Source of the DNA: Rhodosorus marinus CCMP1338
Taxonomy: Eukaryota > Plantae > Rhodophyta
Direction of reading: 5' to 3'
NCBI GenBank assembly: GCA_029953675.1
Contig: JAMWBK010000002.1
Span: 3,162,001 to 3,226,000, forward strand
DNA length: 64,000 bases
Of this stretch, positions 38,984 through 51,148 are shown one piece after another (positions within the stretch are counted from its first letter, which is position 1; every line of letters starts with the position of its first letter). The notes beneath the pieces were generated by a model, which saw nothing but the letters and a program-made list of their open reading frames with translations, searched no databases and had not been told where the DNA came from. The position numbers were made by a program, and so were the translations under genes.

Positions 38984-40753
38984 ATGGCGTGGGTTGGGTT
39001 CGTCAGCGGATTTGGAGTGAAGGCGAAGCGCGTTGTGGGTGAGAGATGTGCGGGAAGGAGAAGGGAGTTTATTTGTCTGGCTGAGAGTGGTGGTCAGGCT
39101 GCGCCTGCTTTTCAGAGGACGGAGGACACGTTCCAGCAGGATGCTGGGAAGGATCTGTTCTTTCCAGGTCTGGATGAGGAAAAGGCGATTGAGCTGATTG
39201 GAACGGGGTCCACTGATATGGAAGATCCATCGGAGAGGTATATCGCTGCGGAAAGGCTCAAGTTTTATCCAAGCCAAGCTTCCACAGACGCGCTACTGAA
39301 ATGCGTGAACGACAAGTCATCTACGGAACTGTATGACCTTATCGCGAGACGTAAGTCTATCGAGAGCCTTGGACATTTTAAAGGGGAATTTTCTAGGGAG
39401 GAAGTGATCGAAACGCTAGTGAGCAGTCTCCAAAGCTCGGATCCGTATGAAGCTGAAGTGGCGGTGTGGGCACTCTCCAAACTTGGGGCAAAAGCTCCAG
39501 ATGTGATTGACGCAGTCGACGCGATCTTGGATCGTGATGACGTGAACAAGCGTGTGGTCATACAGTCCTTGGCGCAGATGGACAGCAAGAAATCAGTAGA
39601 TAAGATTAGGCGATATCTCGACGACGAAGATCTGGCGACTCGCTGCTCTGCCATTGGCGCCATCTACAGCCTGTCTGGAAATGATGACGTTATGGCAGGT
39701 AAATTGTACCACAAGCGGCGGACAAGAGTATTGAAGTCAACGTCCCTACAGACTGTGTACTGATGATCTCGTTCGCGTGAACGGCAGGTATTTTTGACGT
39801 CCTCAAGAGCAATGATTTGAATCAGCGAAGAGCAGCAATAGAGGACATCACAAGGGCAAAGTATTTACCGGCTTTAGACAGGGTTATCGAGACTGCCAAC
39901 TCACTGGTGCTGAAGTCCCGCGCCGTTCGGGAAATGGTAGGAGCTGAGAATCGACGGGAGGACTTGGAATGGAATGATGACCTGGCTAAGAAGCTAGACA
40001 TTCTGATTTGGGACAACCCAAGATCAATCAACCTTCTCGGCACCGTTGCAGATACCTCTAAAGCTCGCTCCGTACAAAGATGCGTAAACAGACTGTACAA
40101 CAATGACGCGCTGCAATCGTATCTCGGAGCCAAGGTGCTGCTTGAAGACCACAGAGACAACGACGAGGCTGGAGCTCAGGCAAGTCCGGGCGAATTGCCC
40201 AGAACAGCATGAAGCGGCTACATATCTTTCTTGAACTCTGACACCTAGCTTTTTTGTACTGGGGGATGTCGGCCAGGTTCTGGACAGATTCAACTCCATG
40301 GAGTATTTTGACTACTTCGCTGCCTACCACGTCTTCAAAGCCCTCGGATGGTTGTCCTACAAGCCTTCTGAGGGTCTTCTCCTTGATAATTTTAGAACGC
40401 TTCCCCCGCGTTTCTTCAATCACAAAGCGGGGGCTTGTCTCAGTCTCTGCAAGATTGGGTCGGAGTCGGCTCTGGATGACTTTTTGAAGGTACATAGCGC
40501 TTCCCCCTTGGCTTGTGGCGATAAAAGTGTTCACCACGTGGGGAAAGGTTAATGAAATGATAAACATCTGCTTTTCACTTCTCCCTCACAGATCGGAAAA
40601 GAAACCAACATTTGGGAGCTGAAATACGCGTGTTTGATCGCGGCTGAGAGGCTTGGCGACAATAGGCTAAGGAGAGAATTTCAGGACGACTCGGACTGGC
40701 TAATCAGGTCACGAGCGCAAACAGAGCTAGGATTTGAGCACCTGACCTTGTAA
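38984..40753 (+). CDS. cpeY: CpeY-family (fused CpcE/F-type HEAT-repeat) phycoerythrobilin lyase with plastid transit peptide
   Basis: Colinear with cyanobacterial CpeY as I recall it: LDEEKAIELI...SERYIAAERLKFYP, IARRKSIESLG, EVAVWALSKLG, RVVIQSLAQM, RRAAIEDI, LYNNDALQSYLGAKVLLEDH, DYFAAYHVFKALGWL, KAGACLSL, IWELKYACLIAAERLG, DSDWLIRSRA. Presequence MAWVGFVSGFGVKAKRVVGERC. Introns 39699-39787, 40180-40276 (GC-AG), 40490-40591. Confidence 0.88.
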
Positions 40754-41509
40754 GCGCCTTTCAGGACTGTTCCTTTTGTAATTTACCAGCCCGTGACGGA
40801 CTCACGTTCTGGATTAGAGCCGCAGCGCTCACGAATGAGCTTTTAGCATCCTCATGTCGGAGTTAAAGGACTTGAAACTATTTCTTACTGGCACCAACGT
40901 ACAGACTCCAGCGGTGGATACAATAGGCACAACATATGCTTTGCTGAGCAAACAACCCAGCAGGGCAAATCTCGAGCTACCGTTTCCGCCAAGAATGTAT
41001 GACCAAGGTGTAGGCACAGGTTACCACCAAAGCAACGAAATCCGAGTGTCTGCTGACTGACGCATTGCTCGATCAATGATATCATGACATCATGAGGATA
41101 TACATATGACTAGTTTGTGCGAATGGATCTAGAGAGCACCTGAGCTCGTAAAACCTACAACGATGAACACACCCGCCAAGAACCAGCGAGCGTTTGCTCA
41201 AGATTCCAATGTTTCGGTTAGTACCGTTCTGTAGTCAGTACATGATACTAATAGCAACAACTTCTGCAGTACAAAAGGAGTCATACAACTGCGGGATCTT
41301 CCGCTGGACGTGAAACTCTTGCCTTTTAATACGTCAATGAGAAGTTCAGCATCATGAGAAGACAACTGACGTGATGTTCGATCGCGCCCATTAGATCTCA
41401 GGGCCCTCTCAGGCCCAATGTTCCTTTTCCTCCTCTCCGTTGATTCGCCAACACCTGTGAGCTATCGAAGCAAGCGGATTTTTTTTATCAAAAGCGAGTT
41501 GGTACTCAT

Positions 41510-41722
41510 GGAGCTTTTCCTGTCTCTCTTCATGAAAGCATCCTCGCCTTTTACGATGGTGAGCATTGGCCTTGGATTCCTTGGCCTGTCCAAAATACCC
41601 CAAGAGACCCTTCGTGACGTTTGGGACATGAGACTCCCGACGGTGGGGGGAGGGTCCATTTCTGAACTTGAAGTTTCTATAAATTTCGGCCGTTCAAGAA
41701 GGAGCTTTTCCTGTCTCTCTTC
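41510..41722. repeat. Exact 22-bp direct repeat (41510-41531, 41701-41722)
   Basis: GGAGCTTTTCCTGTCTCTCTTC occurs twice, 191 bp apart. Confidence 0.9.
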
Positions 41723-42176
41723 TAGAAGGCATTCTCTCTTCCCTCAGCGCAAACAATGGCCTTCCTTTTGGCCCGTCGCATGGCAGAACATTGGCATTTC
41801 CATGGCCGAGTTAAAACAACCAAATTTTTGGAAAGGAAAGTGTTTTCAGCAGAAGACGTGTGAAGCACGGTTTTAACAGCTGGCATTCTTGAAGGTGTTG
41901 TGTTGTCGTTTTTACCGCAAGGTTGGCTTTTCTAGTCAGTTGGGGGATTGTGGGAAGGGTGGAGGGAAGGGTAGGGTAGGGTTGAGTCTGAGCGGGCATG
42001 GGGTGTGCATCTATCTTGGACGTGTTAGAGTTTTCTTGATTAAAACGTCTGCAGGTTTGTTGGCAGAGATGAGGCTCTTTTGAATGTACTTTTGAAGGGA
42101 ACACCCTACTTTTTCGGGTTTTAAGGGGAACAACGAGGAAGGAGAGTAGAGGGATTTTCTTTTGGGTGGAGCAAAA

Positions 42177-45100
42177 ATGTCTAAGGCTTTTACTAACGCG
42201 AAGAAAGGGGAACTTTATGAATTGAAAGCTGAACTCAATTCGCAGAGCAACTCAACTCGAAAAGAAGCTGTTAGAAAGACGATCGCGGCAATGACCATTG
42301 GACGCGACGTTTCTGGTCTTTTTACAGATGTTCTCAACTGCATGCAAAGCCCTAATATCGAGATAAAAAAGCTGGTTTATTTGTATATCGTGAACTATGC
42401 TCACACCAAGCCGGTACGTCGTATCTCTCGAGATCAAAAGATACAGAAGAAGAGTTCTGACACAATCGAGGGCGCTGTAATGCAGGATTTGGCGATTCTT
42501 GCTGTAAACTCTTTTGTAAGAGATAGCGCAGATCCGAATCCTCTGCTGAGAGCGCTTGCCATTCGGACGATGGCATGCATACGGGTTGACAAGATTGTTG
42601 AGTACTTATTGGAACCTCTTCAAAGAACACTGCACGATCAGGACCCCTATGTCCGAAAGACTGCTGCTGTCTGTGTTGCAAAGTTGCACGCCATGAACCC
42701 GGAGCTGGTCCAGGACCAGGGCATGCTGGATTCCTTGTTGGACCTACTCACCGATGGAAATCCCATGGTGGTTTCTAATGCTGTGGCCTCCCTTATGGAT
42801 ATCGCCGAATACCGTCCAGGTGTCTTCAAGATCGATTCGCCTTTGGTGATGAAACTTCTTCACGCCCTGAATGAGTGCAATGAATGGGGACAAGTGCTGC
42901 TCCTAGATGCACTCGCCGAGTACAATCCTAGAAATCACGACGAAGCGGACGCAATCGTTGAACGAGTCACATCGAGACTCCAGCATGCGAATGGGGCGGT
43001 TGTTCTCGCCGCCACAAGGATAGTGATTGCCAACGCAGAAAAGCTGAGCTCTGATGAGAAGCGGGTGCATAGCTTGAAAAAGCTGACTGCCCCTCTGATT
43101 TCTCTGTTGAGTGCTAATGGCGAGTTCCAGTACGTTGCCCTGAGGAGCATACGCGTTATCAACCAAAAGTACAGTTTTCTGTTCCAAAACGATGTGCGAG
43201 TGTTCTTTTGCAAGTACAACGATCCTCTTTACGTGAAATTTGAGAAGGTAGAGCTCCTTATCGCTCTACTAGACGAGTCGAATTCCTCGATGGTCTTGCA
43301 AGAGATGAACGAGTACGCTTCAGAGGTGGACATGGACTTTGTAAAGAAGAGCATAGACGGTATCGGCAGAATCGCCCTGGCCACGGAGGCTTCGGCGGAC
43401 AAGTGTGTGGAGCTTCTCGTCGCCTTACTGAAAGCTGGACACGAAGGTGTGACTGACCAGTCCGTTGTCGTTTTAAAGAACATATTCAGAAGGTAGGATT
43501 GGATGCCGTATGAAATATTATCTTCTCTGATAGTAACTGACAGCTCGAATGGTGTGTTGATTTACCTGTTGCAGCTACCCTCAGAGGTACTTGAACGTGG
43601 TAAATGTTATCTGCGAGAATTGTGAATCCATTGGTGAACCCGATGCGAAAGCGTCCATGGTCTGTGCCCACCCCGAGTAGCCGTCCTCCCTGGTCTTTGG
43701 CCTCAAACTGATTGTGTTTATTCTGCGCTTGAAATGTAATGTACAGATCTGGATTTTTGGAGAGTACGCAGAGCATATTCCACAAGTTGTAGAGCTCTTG
43801 GGAGAACTGATGGAGGGCTTTTCTACGGAGCCTCTGAGTGTTCAGCTTCAGCTCCTGTCTTCCACTGTCAAAGTGTACCTGGCAAGAGGGGACGAAGGAA
43901 AGAGATTGGTAGAGTCAGCTCTTCGGCTCAGTACGAAGGAGACGTACAATATGGATTTGCGGGATAGAGGATACGCATTTTCACGTCTTCTTGCCTGCGG
44001 AGATGAAGTTGCTAGAAAGGTCATTATGAACGAGAGGCCCGCGGTAAGCGATAACAGAGGCGAGATGAACGCAGATCTGCAAGAAGATTTGAGCAGGAAT
44101 ATGGGCAAAATGAGCAGTTTGCTGATGAGAAAGTCAGCGAGTTTGAGGTCCCCAACGGCTCCGCCAGTGCTCACCGTTGGGGATAATGATAATCTATTAT
44201 CGATGAGCAATGACGATTTATTGATGATTGACGATGGACCCTCGGATGCCACGCAAGCACTTGAGAACGGCTCGAATCAGTTCCTGGGAACCGACGACTT
44301 GATCGGTGCTCTACCTTCTGTCGCGAATGGAAGCCAACCACCACGAAAAGATACTAAAGCAGGGAACCTTCTGGATGAGCTTTTCGGGGCGCCAGGTAAG
44401 AGCACTGACCAGCGAGCGCTTGAGCGTGTGAGGATTTCATTCGACTCATCTTTATTCGGCTTTCCTCTTCTATTCCACCAGCGGCACCTGCTATGGCTCC
44501 TGCGAGAGCTCAACCTCTGCCGCCAGTGGACGATATTCTCTCACTCCCGTCTACGCAGCCGCAAAAGAAAACACATGACACAGATATTTCGGCCCTAGGT
44601 GTTGATGGTGGCGGGGAACCCGCTGATTCAATTCCGTCGACACAACGGAACTCCTTGTCTGCCGCTGGCCTCTCGGCAGAAAGTCCCGAAGACAACAACA
44701 AAAATCAGCTAACTAAGGTGTTGGGAGCGGAGAAGGGGAAAGGGTTGATCATATTCGCGGAGCTTAGAAGGATTGACGATTCTCTTTTCCTGGAGATGGA
44801 ATTCCAGAACACGTTGCAGGTCCCAATGGGAGGCTTCGCGGCGCAGTTCAACAAGAACGCGTTTGGGATTGTTCCATCCTCCGCTCTGTCTTTGAGTGAA
44901 CCACTGAAGGCTTTGAAGTCCGAGGTTGTTATGGTGCCGCTGAAGTTTGGGGGAGCTGTGGATCTAGAGAAAGGGGCGATGTTGCAGTTGGCTATCAAAT
45001 GTGAGCCTTGCGGGGTTTTATACATGATTTACGACGTTGGGAAGCATCTAGACGCGCTCTTCTCAGCAGACGGAGGAGTTGCGAAGCAAGAGTTTCTTCA

Positions 45101-45422
45101 GCTGTGGGGTCAGACGTTGGACCAGTCCGAAGTATTGAGACCTGTGTCCATGGCACCATTTAGAGAGGACCAGGAGCTCTTCCAGAAGCTGCACAACGCG
45201 AAGGTGTTTTTCACTGCTAAGCGAGGGGGGCAGGGTGGAGCTCTTTTCGTTGCGTACTTCGCAGCGAGAGTTGAAGGGGTACAGACGCAATTCTTGATCG
45301 AATTGACTGTGAATAGCCGGACGGCAGCAAAATGTGCCGTTCGCCCTGTTGGGAACTGTCCTCAGGCTCTCGTCGCTTCGATGGCCATGACCGTTGAAAA
45401 GATCCTAACGGATTCGGGCTGA
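42177..45422 (+). CDS. AP1B1: AP-1/AP-2 complex beta subunit (beta-adaptin)
   Basis: KKGELYELKAELNS...RKEAVRKTIAAMTIGRDVSGLF...KKLVYLYIVNYA...DPNPLLRALAIRTM...DPYVRKTAAVCVAKL...ECNEWGQ...FFCKYNDPLYVKFEK...LQEMNEYASEVD, hinge with LLDELFG clathrin-box-like motif, and ear domain (GFAAQFNKNAFG...EFLQLWG). AP1B versus AP2B cannot be separated by eye. Confidence 0.95.
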
Positions 45423-45761
45423 GCCTGTTGCTGCTCGGTGGCGACAAAGGAAGTGACTTCAGTTTGCTTGGTTGCTCCCTAGCCCAAGCGAAATTTTCCA
45501 TAGGGACCGGCCTACATGGGTTTTCCTTGAAGGCAAAATATTCAATCACACGCAGAGCTAGGAGCTTGACACGTGTCTATGGGTAGGGTTGCTTTGCCTC
45601 TTTTTTTTTACAAGGATCTCACTCCTTCATAACGTTTTCACCTCGAAAGTGATCTAACTTCGTGGGAGCTGTACAGAAAACTACCACAGACAAAAGTTCC
45701 AACCTAACAATTAAACATTTGACCAGTGAAAACCAAACCAACGAACAGAAGAATGCCATGC

Positions 45762-46863
45762 TCACTTCTCCTGATCTCTCTGCCACTGTAAAAGCGAGCA
45801 CGCCAATAATCTTCAGCTTGTTTTTCCCGTGATCACGCGGAAAGTCGTAGCTGGTTGTTTTATCCTCTTACCTTTACGGCATCTCTATAAGAGAGGTCTC
45901 CTCCAAATATGTCCAGTGCACTTCCGATGGTTAGGTCCACTCTACCGTTTCCCAGTATTCTTGTTCTCTCCTGCAGAATGAAAAACAGCATGAGACGCTT
46001 TGGGTTAGAGGCAGGAAAAAGTTTTCAAAGCGCAACGCCTCACCAACTTCTTACCAGATCGTCCAAGCTTCGCGCGCCCCCTGCATAGGTAATCGGAATG
46101 TCGCAAGTTGAAGCAAGGAGGGTGACGAGCCTGATCAAAACGAAAACGCAGAGTGGATGTTAGACCAACTTGCCATGAGCACGATTCTACCCTATTGCCC
46201 GGTTTCGACTCACTCTTCCTCAATCCCAGATCGCTTTCCTTCCACGTCTACAGCATGAACAAGGATTTCATCACAAAATCCAGAAAGAAACTCAAAAGAT
46301 TCTCTCTTCAGCTTAAAATCGGTCCACTTCTGCCATCGGTCTGTGCATACGTAGTATTCCCCGTCGCGTTTCCTACAGCTAACATCCAACACCAGCCGAT
46401 CTTTGCTGATCGCTGAGACCAATTCCTGCAATCGATCCATGTCGACCTTGCCATCTCTGAATACATACGACGTGACGATCACGTGGCTGGCTCCACAGTC
46501 CAAGTAGTCCTTCGCATTCTGCGGATTAATCCCTCCACCAACCTGCAGTCCTCCAGGAAACGCACCGAGGGCCTCCTTTGCAGCCTCCTCATTTCCAGGT
46601 CCGAGCATGATCACATGGCCCCCCGGAAGGTTGTCCTCCTTGTACATCGTCGCAAAGAAACTCGAAGGAAGATCTGACTCAAAGTTTGTGCTGGCAGACC
46701 CATCACTGTCTTTTAAAGTGCTTCCAACAATCTGCTTCACTTTCCCTGCGTGAAGATCAATGCATGGCCTGAAGCGCATCTCTGCTCGTATCTCGACACG
46801 ATTCCGTTGCGATGCCCTCCTTGTGGTTCCCACACGAGCCAAAGACTGGAAACCCGTGGCCAT
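45762..46863 (-). CDS. HIS6: ProFAR isomerase (HisA, eukaryotic His6 type) with N-terminal transit-peptide-like extension
   Basis: [78 protein letters not shown]. Spliced exons add [15 protein letters not shown] and [16 protein letters not shown], ending WQRDQEK*. Confidence 0.95.
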
Positions 46864-47996
46864 TGCTGCCTGCGCCTAACCAGTGAAATTGATGCGAAAC
46901 TAGATGCAAAGAGACGATCTTACCATCGCCAAAGGTCTTCCCTCTCAACCAGACCGGAGCTGCTCACGACCATAGTGTTCGGCCACCCCTCCCGTATTCG
47001 AAGGTTGATCTGACCTTCGAATGATGGATCGGAATATGGTGTCAAGCCGAAAGTTCGCAGAAGACTAGGAAACCGGTTGAAGCTCTCTAGGTAACAAGTT
47101 GCAGAACTAAACCGGCCGTTCTAGACTAATGTTAGAGCAAATCGATTTTTTCGTCTCCTTAATGGAGTTAGAAAGTTCTCTGCGTTGAAGTGGATGCAGA
47201 CCCGAATCAACGGTTCTGCCAAACACCCAGATGACACGATATGGATTATCCAGACTGGACTCACCTAAACCGATTTTTTCGCCATGGCATAGATTTGTAC
47301 CAAATCCATCCAGCAGCACGTACGGTGCTCTTCAGCAAGGGTAATAACTATTGCGAAGCCGTTGATTGGATCAGATTCCAAACGAGCGGTTCGCCTCAGA
47401 AAAAGTCCAGCGGAACAGAGGACGGCAACACCACTCACCATCTATCTAAAGATGGTTGATTCAGCACCTCCTTGACGGAGCATACAGCTCATCTATGTCA
47501 AAATTGAACAAACCGAGTCCAATCGGTTGAAGTACGCCGAGAACAAGTGAGCTCAGTGAGCTCCTCTTCCGATGATCAGAACAGCGATTCAATTCCTCGG
47601 AATCGCATCCGCTCGTTACTATCAGGGCTTGGTATGCGCTACCTTCACCAACGAACAGATGAGGAGTATTACATTTGGAAACTCTTGCTGTTCCAGTCGT
47701 CGTTCGCCTTATTTTCGGTTTGGGAGCTAAAACCTTGAGGAAACTTGAGGGGTTTTCCAAAGTTTTTCTGGAGTTTCCACCAAACTAGATGTTGGGCGTT
47801 TCCCTTTGATTAGGGACAAATGCTCACCCTGCAACCCCCCGTTTGTCTTTTAGCTGGTCCAGCCCGTTCTAGCCCACATCTATTTTTGGTGTTTCGCCTT
47901 ACTGCTTTGGTTGGATTTGACTATCGTTTTGAGATGCTCGCATGATATACACACGTGTCAGTATATTGGTGGCTCTTAGAATTTAGACAGTTTGTC

Positions 47997-49446
47997 TCAG
48001 TCATTATTGAGGAAGGGTCGGTGCTCTGTGCAAATTGTCCATTGGGGTCCTTTGCAGCGATTGATGGAGACGCTGTTTCCTGTACGTAGGGAGCTGGTGA
48101 TCCGTCTCCGAGGAACTGGATAGGAATCCTGATCTTTGATCTACACGGATCGAAGTGAACATCCGCGCACAGCAAGTACCCGTTTCAAGATAAGTATGTT
48201 CTCTATCAAAGCTAGCTTTGGAGGTTCCCATAGTTCTCTTACGGCCTCGCACGCTGTGGGGTCGTGTTGCATTGATGTTGGAGGCGCGCGATCTTCGCCG
48301 CGCTTAGTCTGTTTTTCCGCTCGGGGTTTCTTCTGCAGTCTCCGATTAAACAAAATTCATTCAACCATAATACTAAACGGACCAATTTTGGTCCATAACA
48401 TAAAACTAGAGAGAACTACCGTTGTTTTCTCATTCAGCGAGACAAGCCTGGCGCTGCTTGACCACTTATCAGGTTCTGGGGAATCAACCTCCTTCTCTAG
48501 ATATCGTAATACGTAGAGTAGCTACATTATACTGTAGGGGATAGGCAGTACGGGATGGCAGCTTCACCAACGTACCAATGCCGGTACAGAGGACGGTATG
48601 AGTAGGTCGACAGAGCAACCGAATACGGACTATAGACTATTATTGGTGTTGAAACGGTCAATCGTGACCATGTGCTCTCAACACGTAGAAGGGCATTCAC
48701 ACATCGTAATACATACGGTAAGACCGATATTCACATGGCATACGATGGGTGGATGCGGAATCATACCGTTACTGTTTCAAATGGAGGAAACAGTTTGAAC
48801 AGTACAAGATATCGATCATCTTCACATTATAGTAGAGAACTTAAGTGGAACATATCGGCATATTAGTCAGTGGAACAATAAAGAAGGCACCGAAGTTTGG
48901 AGGATGAAACTGAGGTCAAGATCAGGAATCCTTGAAAATTCCAACAATTGGTAAGCGAGGGAAAGTAAACTCTGCTCTGAACATGATGACGAGATCAATT
49001 TGGTAACGGACTTACCCCCTTTTCAGCGGGACTCGGTCACACGAGGGGGTCCACCGTCCACCATAGGAATGTATTGTGCTCGAGGCCTGACTTGTTCTTG
49101 TTTTTCGATATTTTTAGAAAGGGAGGTGTGCCGGAGAGCCTGCCACATCCAGAACCCCAAGGTTTCACATCGCCATAACAATGAACCGCAGTTTTCTACA
49201 TTTTCTTTAAAGTAGAGCTTCAGCGCCTCTCGTTTTTTACTGACAGTGTCCAAAAAATATACTCTATGACATATACTCAAGAAAATCCCCTACAATTCCT
49301 AATCTGACAGAAAAAGGTTCACTTTTAGATATGTTTGAATCTAATTTAGGCGATTGCATCCGTATTGCGCGTCTGAACTGCGACTTATCTACAAAATTTG
49401 AGGTGCTCCGGAGCTCGTGCTGAACGATCCCCGCGAGATCCGTCAT
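47997..49446 (-). CDS. Possible multi-exon hypothetical protein
   Basis: Three consecutive phase-0 GT-AG joins give SVFGCSVDLLIPSSVPAL|LLYVLRYLEKEVDSPEP...EKTT|KKPRAEKQ...ENILILKR|IKDQDSYP...NND*. Upstream frames 49264..49446 and 49023..49280 may be 5' exons. Confidence 0.35.
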
Positions 49447-51148
49447 TTGCTTCCCTGTTGTTTTTTTTTGTTTCCAAGCAGGGAAGGTTATCTACAGATC
49501 CTACTTTTTTAGATATTTTTGAAGTCAATGTCATATTAGGTTTGTGGATCGTTTAATATTTTTTTGATGTGGGGGGCGGGGAGGGGGGGGAGGACTCGTA
49601 TGGGACTGTTCTGGAGAATCGGAATGGCAAACTGCATCCTTTTCGAAGAAAACGAGCCATAGGGGTGATGAGACGGGTGAGGGGGGGGGTACCTAGGACC
49701 GGTGTAGCTGTTGATCTTTCAGATCCCTGTTTTTCGGTGTATTTTAAAGGCCCGGGTTAGGAATCGTTAAGTCCTCTTGAAAGTTTTCGGAAGTGAAAGG
49801 GTGATTGCAACTGAAAAATCACAGCTCAGACTAGGGGTGGGGTGCACTCGTTCATGATAGGTTTAGTACGAATCAGCATACTATAGGGTATCTCATAATA
49901 TATCTAGGATCGTGGGGCGTTGTTGTTGGCTGAAGCCTTCTGCCTGGTCACAGGCGGTAGAGTGCGAGCGCACCCGTTGTTGTCGCTCCGGCAGCAGCTC
50001 TCAATGGAATGTCCCTGAGGATTCTGCTCAGAACCATCTGCTCGAGTAAGAGAGCTTACCAGGTTCTCTTCATGCTCTGCGTGGAATGCTCTAGCCAGTA
50101 CGCTGTGCCTCGTTGAGCAGCTTGTAGTGGTTGACAAGACCACACCCGTTCCAGGACAACGTTGATTGTTCTCCAACATTCTCTGTTTCACTGCAGAGGA
50201 AGCGTGCAGCAGCCCAACCAGAAAATTCCCACCACAGCTCTCTCTACCATCATGAGTCTGGCCTTTGGATACTGACTTTTTTGACGTTCGTAGGGTAAAA
50301 GGGCTGGGTTTTCCCTTGAAAACTGCCCAGAGGAGCAGTTCGCACAAAGCACAAGGTTGTTTCTATTTTGTTTCAATTGTTCCCCTGATTGACCCAAAAG
50401 GGGGGCCAACGTGCACCTGAAAACATTTCGGGCGTGACTATATATTGCAACGGGTGAAATTTTGAGGGGGGTTAAGGAATGTGTCTACGCGAGATATTTT
50501 AGATGAATTATTGTAGACTTTTTGACGGTTTTCGGTGAGGTCCGAGGTGTGCCTGTTGACGAAGGTGGGGGGTAGGTTGAGGAGAAATAGATTGGTTTCT
50601 GTGAGGACATTCTCAGGTGTGCAAATTCATTGGCAGACTGGGTGCGTTTTGTAGGCGCTCAGGAAGTGAAAAGTTGTTTTCATCATAGGCGTGCTGGACT
50701 GGTGGCGGTTGCGATTAGCGCAGCGATAGGAAACCCCTGAGGATGGACAGGTTGCGGGCTGCAGGTCTGGAGAAGATGAGGGTTTGTTGAGGCGGCGGTG
50801 TCCTCCGTTTAACTGTTGCCGCGCAGACCACTTTTTTTTTATTGACCCGCGATACTTGCAGTCGTGGGGATAAAGGGCAGGGAGGTTGGGTGGATTGCTT
50901 TTGCTGTTTTGGGGGTCATTTACTGTGAGCATCTTTTAAGCTTTCGGTTGGGCGCCAGCGCGAGCTTTCAAGCTTCTGGCTCGGTGCCTGTCCGAGCGCC
51001 ACATTGTACTACGCCCTGGTTCAACGGAAGGATTTTTCCGGCCGCGAAGCCGTAGAGGCGCCCTTGGGAGAGCGAGAGGTTTGTATCTGTTTGGTTGACA
51101 ACTCTCATGGATTTCAAATGAGCTTGTTGGGAACGGTCAAACTGGCTG

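Noticed and set aside
38965-38985. GGGTTCGAATC resembling a tRNA T-loop
   Set aside because: No acceptor stem, D-arm or anticodon arm can be folded around it; it lies just upstream of the cpeY ATG.
47107-47760. Short ORFs on both strands upstream of HIS6
   Set aside because: Competing frames on both strands with no motif; cannot choose a model from sequence alone.
49904-50409. 147-aa and 73-aa minus-strand ORFs
   Set aside because: No ATG-initiated, phase-consistent model or recognisable domain; a gene here is possible but unsupported.
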